Shown here: positions 58,025-64,000 of the stretch, piece after piece
Layout of the letters: each line of letters opens with the position of its first letter
How positions within the stretch are numbered: the stretch's first letter is position 1
NCBI GenBank assembly: GCA_043821365.1
Contig: JBDRCX010000003.1
Location: 1-64,000 of the forward strand
Length of the DNA: 64,000 nucleotides
Reading direction: 5' to 3'
DNA from: Candidatus Micrarchaeota archaeon
GTDB lineage: Archaea > Micrarchaeota > Micrarchaeia > Anstonellales > Bilamarchaeaceae
The notes under the pieces: model-generated
The model's database searches: none
Told to the model about the DNA's origin: nothing
Seen by the model: the letters and a program-made list of their open reading frames with translations, nothing else
Program-made: the position numbers and the translations under genes

Positions 58025-58150
58025 CGGGCCCAGAGGGATTTGAACCCTCGACCTGCGGATTCCACCTTTTACCAAAAAGTGGAGCCAAAAGTGGCTCTCC
58101 ATTTGATAAAATTAAAAGTCCGACGCTCTACCAAGCTGAGCTCTGGGCCC
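58025..58150 (-). tRNA. tRNA-Lys(UUU) with 52-nt intron at 37/38 (58061-58112)
   Basis: GGGCCCA/TGGGCCC, GCTC/GAGC, TCGGA-CTTTTA|A-TCCGC, GAGGG-TTCAAAT-CCCTC; intron folds into a long hairpin. Confidence 0.92.
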
Positions 58151-58198
58151 TGATTTGTATGGTAAATTATTTACATTCGTTTTAAAAACACCACTTGT

Positions 58199-58222
58199 GT
58201 CAACGCTTTTAAAAGCATTGAC
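58199..58222. promoter_or_regulatory. 24-bp near-perfect palindrome between divergent tRNA genes
   Basis: gtcaacgctttt-aaaagcattgac, one mismatch, central ttttaaaa. Confidence 0.55.
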
Positions 58223-58281
58223 GCCTATTTACATAACTTCGGGTTTGATTTGAACTGTAGTAGTCTAAATCATCTCGATTC

Positions 58282-58527
58282 GCCGGGTTGGCAGATCGGT
58301 TATGCATCCGCCTGCAACCGCTTTTATGAGGTTTTGTCTTTAGACAGAATCAATGATAAGCTGAAAGCGGAATAGAGGGGTTCAATGTACCTTTTTAGGA
58401 AAACGTTCTTGAACGAAACATCGTTCAAGATGCGTATGGAACGTCTTGACGTTCCATGACGAGGTACACCCAAAAACTGGGTTGCTATGTCGAATAAGAA
58501 GGTAGCGAACAATTCCTCTACCCGGCT
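58282..58527 (+). tRNA. tRNA-Cys(GCA) with two introns: 37/38 (58318-58365) and T-loop 58/59 (58386-58512)
   Basis: Spliced: GCCGGGT TG GCAG ATCGGTTA TGC A TCCGC CTGCAA|A GCGGA ATAG AGGGG TTCAA|TT CCTCT ACCCGGC T; U73 discriminator; BHB with GTTC/GAAC helix and two AAT bulges. Confidence 0.9.
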
Positions 58528-59899
58528 CTCTCTTTTTAGTTAGTTTGTGTTTTGTATCGAGGTAAAAGCCTTTCTATGCTTTTTGGTAGTTAACCAAAAC
58601 TCTTTTTTATGTAAGAACTTTCCTAAATACACTAATCCTAACATTACTGGAACTTCCCAAAACAATCCCATTGTTGTTCCTAGGGCAGCTTGTGAACTTA
58701 AACCAAAAAGAGTTATGGATGTAGCAATAGCGATTTCGAAATGGCTGGAAGAACCTATTATTACAGAAATTATTGCTTCTTTATATTTAAGTTTAAACAG
58801 TTTTGTCATGAAAATATTTATGGCAACAATGATCACAAAACCAAGCAATAATGGAACAGATACAAGTAGCATTTTTCCTGGATTTTTGAGTAGAACATCC
58901 CCATTTAAAGTAAATAAAACTATTAGTGTAAAAAGTAGTGCAAGAATTGAGATTTTACCAACAATTGGTTTGTATGTTGTTTCAAACCAATCTAATCCTT
59001 TTTTAGCAACAAGTACTTTTTTCGAGATATGCCCCATAATCAACGGTAATCCTATGAAAACAAGTACTGAAAGTAATAATGCAGTTACATCTAGGGGTAT
59101 CCCCTGTATTCCTGTAAGGAGTACAACAACAGGAGCATACAAAAACATAATTGTTAATGTGTTAATGCTTGTAGTTATCACATTTTGCTCTTGGTTTCCT
59201 TTTGCTAAACTTCCCCACACAATTACCATGGCAGTACAGGGACTTGAACCCAACAGTATCAAAGCAATAATTAACTGATCGTAACCTTTCAAAAAAATAT
59301 TTGCTAGAATAACCGTAATAATTGGAGCAATAATCCAATTAGATAAAAGTGTTAATAATATTGGTTTGGGTGCTTTTATTAGTTTTTTTACTTCTTTAAT
59401 TTGAAAGTTCAAAAGAGCTGGGTACATCATTAGAAATAAACAAATTCCAATTGGAATAGAAACATTTCCAATTTGCCAACTATTTAACAAAACGCTTAAT
59501 CCTGGGATATATTGAGAAAAAAGGATACCAATCAACATACAGGTAAAAACCCATACATACAAGTATTTTTCAAAATTATTTAATACCTTTTTCATACTTT
59601 AACCTTTCTATCTAATTCCTTATGAATATCCTAAGATCCAAAGAATGCATCAAATATTGAAATGTGTATTCTGCTTTTTTCTGTATTGTTTAATCTGGGC
59701 ATGGATGTCCTTCCGACCTATCCAAAGCAATTCTCCAAGAATATACTTATAATGGGGGTGGTGAGAAAATTATTCTGTGGTATGTTGATCGTTAACTGTC
59801 CTTTATAAAAGCTATCCGCTGAAATGTTGAAAAAGCCTCCAAATCACCTGGCGTCAAAGTAAACAAACACACTATTTTCTCTATGGCGTCTACCCGGCT
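58528..59899. mobile_element. Putative integrated mini-island at the tRNA-Cys 3' end carrying acr3
   Basis: 11-bp direct repeat tctacccggct at 58517-58527 and 59889-59899; no integrase inside. Confidence 0.5.
58540..59595 (-). CDS. acr3: Arsenite efflux transporter Acr3
   Basis: IGICLFLMMYP, LLSNWIIAP, LGSSPCTAMV, SSHFEIAIA, EVPVMLGLV. Confidence 0.93.
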   Translation of the reverse strand: MKKVLNNFEKYLYVWVFTCMLIGILFSQYIPGLSVLLNSWQIGNVSIPIGICLFLMMYPALLNFQIKEVKKLIKAPKPILLTLLSNWIIAPIITVILANIFLKGYDQLIIALILLGSSPCTAMVIVWGSLAKGNQEQNVITTSINTLTIMFLYAPVVVLLTGIQGIPLDVTALLLSVLVFIGLPLIMGHISKKVLVAKKGLDWFETTYKPIVGKISILALLFTLIVLFTLNGDVLLKNPGKMLLVSVPLLLGFVIIVAINIFMTKLFKLKYKEAIISVIIGSSSHFEIAIATSITLFGLSSQAALGTTMGLFWEVPVMLGLVYLGKFLHKKEFWLTTKKHRKAFTSIQNTN

Positions 59900-59938
59900 A
59901 ATATTTATTTATTCCATTCTTATTCTCTTTGTGATATT

Positions 59939-60712
59939 ATGAAATTACTTGCGTCTATCCTAATTATCTTTTTAATGTTTAATCTTATTTTTGCTTCTTC
60001 TCAAGGACAAAATTATGGGCAAAACCAACAACTTAATAACTCAAATCAACAGTCCGGCACCAATCCGAGTGCTCAGGTAGAAAACCAAACAATGGCTCAA
60101 GTTCAAAACCAGTCTAATATTCAAAATCAAGCTTCCAACCAAACCAAGAACCAACAACAGTTTGCAAATCAATCTCAAGGTATTTCTGCACAGGTTCAAC
60201 AGATAGTTGAACAAAGAAAAAATGGTTCAATTGTAATGCCCCAAGGTATTTTAGTTAGAATTGAAGCACAAAATCATGTGATGAATGTTGGCAATGAGAC
60301 CTCACTTCAAATAACTGAAAAACTCCAACTAAACTTGACTGTCAATGGTAAAAATAAGTCATTCATAGTTGAACCAGGACTTAATCAGGTAAATATGACT
60401 GATGGAAATGTATCAATTACAACAAATGAAACTTTGGACATTTTAAATGGTTCATTATCAGTTAACGGCAAAAATGTTGGTCTAATGCCTTCTGATATTC
60501 CAGCATTAGTTCACTCTAAAGAACTAAAATCAGTGTATCTAAAAAGCGAACCAGGCGGAGTTGTCTATCATATTAATGCAACTAAAAAGGCTAAAGTTTT
60601 GTTCTTTTTTGATGCAGATATGGATGTGGAAATTCAACTTGATGCAACTAATGGTGAGTTGTTAAAAGAGAACAAACCATGGTGGGCATTTCTAGCCAGC
60701 ACCCAAGATTAA
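59939..60712 (+). CDS. Secreted Q/N-rich hypothetical protein
   Basis: Signal peptide, Q/N low-complexity linker, C-terminal IQLDATNGELLKENKPWWAF. Confidence 0.7.
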   Translation: MKLLASILIIFLMFNLIFASSQGQNYGQNQQLNNSNQQSGTNPSAQVENQTMAQVQNQSNIQNQASNQTKNQQQFANQSQGISAQVQQIVEQRKNGSIVMPQGILVRIEAQNHVMNVGNETSLQITEKLQLNLTVNGKNKSFIVEPGLNQVNMTDGNVSITTNETLDILNGSLSVNGKNVGLMPSDIPALVHSKELKSVYLKSEPGGVVYHINATKKAKVLFFFDADMDVEIQLDATNGELLKENKPWWAFLASTQD

Positions 60713-60752
60713 AACCATATTCTTTATTTATGTATCTATCTAAACTTCTATT

Positions 60753-61019
60753 ATGGCCGGTATTCGAAGATTGATATTAGATGTGGTTATCCCATCAACA
60801 ATGCCCTCAAGTGAATTGGCAGTTAAATTAGCCAAACTTGGTGGCGTGGATGGAGTTGATATAATAACTCAGGAAGTTGAACATAGAGTTGATAAGATTA
60901 AAGTAACAATAGAAGGAGACGACATTAATTTTGAGTCAGTAAAAGTCGTACTTGATAAATTGGGTGCTTCACTTCAAGGTGTTGACCGCATCAGCTGCGG
61001 CAAGAGGTTAGTAAATTAA
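60753..61019 (+). CDS. DUF211-family protein
   Basis: GIRRLILDV, GVDGVDI, IKVTIEG, DRISCG. Confidence 0.8.
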   Translation: MAGIRRLILDVVIPSTMPSSELAVKLAKLGGVDGVDIITQEVEHRVDKIKVTIEGDDINFESVKVVLDKLGASLQGVDRISCGKRLVN

Positions 61020-61612
61020 TGCTTGGATTTTTTAAGAAACACCATGAAAAATTTCATTATTACGATAGGATAACTGGCATGACTAAAATCATGCGCCGTT
61101 ATTTTGTAATGAATTCGTTTGATGGGGCTTTAACTATTTTTGGACTTTTAATTGGATCTTTTACAGCAAATGTTACTGATCCAACATTAGTCATAAGCAT
61201 AGGTATAGGTACTGCAATTGCAATTGGATGTTCTGGACTTACTGGTGCTTTTGTAGCAGAAACTGCAGAACGGGCTAGCGAATTAAAAAAACTAGAGCGG
61301 GCATTACAAAGAAAATTAGATAATACAGACTACAAATCTGCACATGATTTCGCAAGTTTGATCACTGCTATTGTGAATGGTCTGATACCTGTTCTATCTG
61401 CGTTAGTTCTACTTTTTCCTTTCTTTTTTATGTCAATTCCAGAAGCCTATTACGTTTCATTTGGTAGTGCTTTGGTTATATTTTTTGGGTTGGGGGTTTT
61501 CCTTGGTAAATTCTCTTCAAAAGATCTTTTCATATCTGGTATGAAATTACTATTATCTGGTATTGGATGTATGGCTTTGATATTGTTCATTGAAGGCTTA
61601 AAAGGCGGTTAA
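61019..61612 (+). CDS. VIT1/CCC1-like membrane protein (TIGR00267-like)
   Basis: RRYFVMNSFDGALT, GAFVAETAER, ELKKLERAL; coupled to the DUF211 gene. Confidence 0.8.
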   Translation: MLGFFKKHHEKFHYYDRITGMTKIMRRYFVMNSFDGALTIFGLLIGSFTANVTDPTLVISIGIGTAIAIGCSGLTGAFVAETAERASELKKLERALQRKLDNTDYKSAHDFASLITAIVNGLIPVLSALVLLFPFFFMSIPEAYYVSFGSALVIFFGLGVFLGKFSSKDLFISGMKLLLSGIGCMALILFIEGLKGG

Positions 61613-61630
61613 TTATATTTACCAAATAAA

Positions 61631-61873
61631 CTAACTACTACACCTATAATCAATGCAACCTAGTCCTTCTCTACAATCCTCTTCATAAATACAATATTCT
61701 CCTTCTGCAGATTTGATTGATTCAGCTGTCATAAAATTTATTCTATCAGTTTGATTTTGAATATTTTTGCTTGTTTCTTTAGCTGATCCCATTAGTTGGT
61801 TTGCTGCAATTGCAACAACTGCCAGAACAACAACAATCAAAATCAACATTTCAGCTGATAACTGTCCTTTCAT
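61631..61873 (-). CDS. Class III signal peptide (pilin-like) protein with Cys-rich C-terminus
   Basis: MKG/QLSAEMLILIVVVLAVV prepilin motif; CIYEEDCREGLGCIDYRC. Confidence 0.8.
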   Translation of the reverse strand: MKGQLSAEMLILIVVVLAVVAIAANQLMGSAKETSKNIQNQTDRINFMTAESIKSAEGEYCIYEEDCREGLGCIDYRCSS

Positions 61874-61891
61874 ACCTATCCCCTTCGAATA

Positions 61892-61960
61892 GAATAAACA
61901 AGCTGGCGAGAGGTGTGGGGACAGTTATGTCCGATCTGTTCCCGCCAAGCCTGCCCATTC
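61892..61960 (-). ncRNA. Putative structured RNA upstream of the pilin-like gene
   Basis: About 19-bp outer stem with several G-U pairs on the minus strand, inner GGACA-UAAC-UGUCC hairpin; locally GC-rich. Confidence 0.5.
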
Positions 61961-62131
61961 CATCCCCTAATAAGAGCATAAAATTTGATTATTTATATTT
62001 TTTGTAATTTTTTATATGTTAATCCACACCAAATCAATCTATTTATTGTTATTTCCCACTTAACTATCTTCATTTTCCATCAGTTTAAGCATTTCCTTCA
62101 CAATTAAATAATTTCTTTACTTGAAATAAAC

Positions 62132-62545
62132 ATGAAATCAAAAACAGTGTATCTAACTTTTAAAACTGATAAAAAAATAGATATAATCAGAATAACTGAC
62201 AAAATCAACCAGGCAATAACTGAGAGTGAAGTAAAAGAAGGACTTGTTTTGATAAATCCAATGCACATAACTGCAGCAGTGATAGTAAATGATAATGAAT
62301 CTGGATTACATAGCGATTATTTGAAAGTTTTAGAAAGATTAGTTCCCTACAAAGAAGATTATCGCCATAATGATACTGGTGAAGATAATGCTGCTGCTCA
62401 TATATGGCGCCAGTTAATCGGTCACCAGGTGGTGATGCCAATAACAAACGGAAGATTAGATCTTGGAACTTGGGAACAAATTTTTTATTTTGAATTTGAT
62501 GGCCAAAGAAGCAAGAGAGTATTGGTAAAAGTTATGGGTGATTAG
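62132..62545 (+). CDS. YjbQ/UPF0047 family protein
   Basis: [36 protein letters not shown]. Confidence 0.92.
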   Translation: MKSKTVYLTFKTDKKIDIIRITDKINQAITESEVKEGLVLINPMHITAAVIVNDNESGLHSDYLKVLERLVPYKEDYRHNDTGEDNAAAHIWRQLIGHQVVMPITNGRLDLGTWEQIFYFEFDGQRSKRVLVKVMGD

Positions 62546-63309
62546 TAGGGTTCTTCGAGTGGTTCTGCTTTTGTTAAATTTGCCTTCCATCCATTTTTCT
62601 TCAACCATCTTCTCTTTTCCTTGTGATCTGGTATTATCTTTTCTACAAGTCCCCAGAATCGTGGGCCGTGACTCAAATATTTAGTGTGTGCAAGTTCGTG
62701 TACTATCACATACTCTAAAATATCTGATGGCATTAGGAGTAAACGAAAATTAAGTGTAATTCCTCCATGAGTAGAACAACTTCCCCATCTACTAACAGAA
62801 TCTTTTATTTTCACGCTGGATATTTTTGATTGAAAATATTTCTGATTTAGTGTGTTTATTTTATCCATAAGTTCTGGCATTACTACTTCTGATATTTTTT
62901 TCATTACTAATTTTGATGTGGTATTTTTGTCTGTATTATCACCTGCATAGACTTCTACTTTCCTTCCAGTTATTCTCACTCTGGATCTTCTGGATTCTAT
63001 AAAGCACATTTGAAACTCATTACCCAAAACAATAATTGTTTCTCCATCTTCGAACTCCAACCGTTTTCCAATATCAACATTCCATCTTCCATTTTCTATT
63101 GATCTTATCGCTCTTTTTCTAAGATTCGATTTTATCTTTTCTCGTTCGTGAACAGGCCATCTTGACGGGAGACTTATTATTATGGTATTATCCCTAAGTC
63201 GTGCTGTAGCATTTTTATTATTGCAAACTACTTCTTGCACTGTAAAAATCTTCCCATTAATTTCTATTGCTTCCACAAAATTTCTAATAAAAGAAACTAT
63301 TTTAATCAT
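62542..63309 (-). CDS. YgjP/DUF45-like zinc metalloprotease
   Basis: [27 protein letters not shown]. Confidence 0.9.
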   Translation of the reverse strand: MIKIVSFIRNFVEAIEINGKIFTVQEVVCNNKNATARLRDNTIIISLPSRWPVHEREKIKSNLRKRAIRSIENGRWNVDIGKRLEFEDGETIIVLGNEFQMCFIESRRSRVRITGRKVEVYAGDNTDKNTTSKLVMKKISEVVMPELMDKINTLNQKYFQSKISSVKIKDSVSRWGSCSTHGGITLNFRLLLMPSDILEYVIVHELAHTKYLSHGPRFWGLVEKIIPDHKEKRRWLKKNGWKANLTKAEPLEEPY

Positions 63310-63345
63310 AAGGTACTTATCAGTCTATCCCATGCAGAGGTTTAT

Positions 63346-64000
63346 ATGTGTCCATTCCATGCTATAAGAAAAAATGAAGGGCTTAGGCGCCTTTTATTTA
63401 TAAATTTTCTATACAGTTTCATGGTGGCAGCTTTGACTGTTCTGGTTCCTCTTTATCTTATAGAAAATAATGTTGATCTTGCACATATTGGTCTGCTACT
63501 TGCCATAGCACCACTTACTTTCATGATTGTTCGCATTAATTTTGCTAGTTTTGCTGATGAACTAGGTACAAAAATAATAGATATAATATATTCCTTATCA
63601 AGTTTCTTCTCAATTCTCCTCTATCTTGTTGCATCAAATACTCTTTTACTTGCACTTGCAATTTTCGGAGAGAGTATACGAAATTCTGCTTTCTGGGCAG
63701 TAGTAAGAACTGAGATAATTTATGATACTGGGAATCCTCAGGGTGCACTTGCATTCTTCTCAGGTGTACGTCAATTTGCTGATGCACTTGGAAGAGTTTC
63801 AATTGGGTTTATACTTGCTTTTTTTGCTTTTCAAAATTCATTTCTATTACTTTCATTAATCTCTCTAGTAATGCTTTATCTTGCACTGAAATCTACTAAC
63901 GACAATCACAGACCATTACAATCAGTGAACTATCGCCAGGATGTTTTAAGCAAAATAACAAAAAAACATCCAAAAACATTCTGGCAGGCATCTTTACTTC
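63346..64000 (+). CDS. MFS transporter, N-terminal part (runs off window end)
   Basis: Hand translation MCPFHAIRKNEGLRRLLFINFLYSFMVAALTVLVPLYL..ASFADELGTK; RBS gaggt; open to 64000. Confidence 0.8.
   Translation, partial: MCPFHAIRKNEGLRRLLFINFLYSFMVAALTVLVPLYLIENNVDLAHIGLLLAIAPLTFMIVRINFASFADELGTKIIDIIYSLSSFFSILLYLVASNTLLLALAIFGESIRNSAFWAVVRTEIIYDTGNPQGALAFFSGVRQFADALGRVSIGFILAFFAFQNSFLLLSLISLVMLYLALKSTNDNHRPLQSVNYRQDVLSKITKKHPKTFWQASLL

Noticed and set aside
58318-58365. C/D box guide RNA in tRNA-Cys intron 1 (atgataa..ctga)
   Set aside because: The box-like words are only 2 nt apart, leaving no guide region.
59600-59890. arsR/arsC or toxin gene upstream of acr3
   Set aside because: Frames translated by hand give only short ORFs without recognisable motifs.
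1-64000. rRNA genes, transposases, integrases, cas genes
   Set aside because: No long GC-rich rRNA-like stretch and no DDE, HUH, tyrosine/serine recombinase or Cas motifs in any ORF.

Overview
AT-rich archaeal chromosome segment, most consistent with a DPANN archaeon, probably Ca. Micrarchaeota (inferred from the divergent ribosomal proteins and intron-rich tRNAs; not checked by search). Core content: end of tfb, an S17-spc-secY-adk block, serS, a C-terminally short cysS-like gene, EF-2, rps7/rps12, rpl40e, mre11, asnA, orc1/cdc6, nmd3, rpp21, GGPP synthase, aRF1, purE, glmS, rpl11, fni, glnA, cysteine synthase, acr3, and four tRNAs: Leu(UAG), Ile(GAU) and Lys(UUU) with one intron each, and Cys(GCA) with two introns. 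Among the housekeeping genes lie five large, strongly diverged ORFs: an 810-aa protein with five tandem ~85-aa HTH-like repeats, a long RelA/SpoT-like protein, a 2-hydroxyacid dehydrogenase with a duplicated Rossmann segment paired with a PLP aminotransferase carrying an inserted winged-helix-like domain (together interrupting the rps7-fusA operon), and a beta-carbonic-anhydrase-like protein with its zinc motifs split between two half-domains. Non-coding DNA carries a dispersed family of TTGA...TCAA hairpins with variable interiors, tandem duplications of RBS/start regions, a likely tRNA-Cys-integrated mini-island carrying acr3, and a G-U-rich stem upstream of a class III signal peptide gene. 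No rRNA, CRISPR array or transposase was seen.
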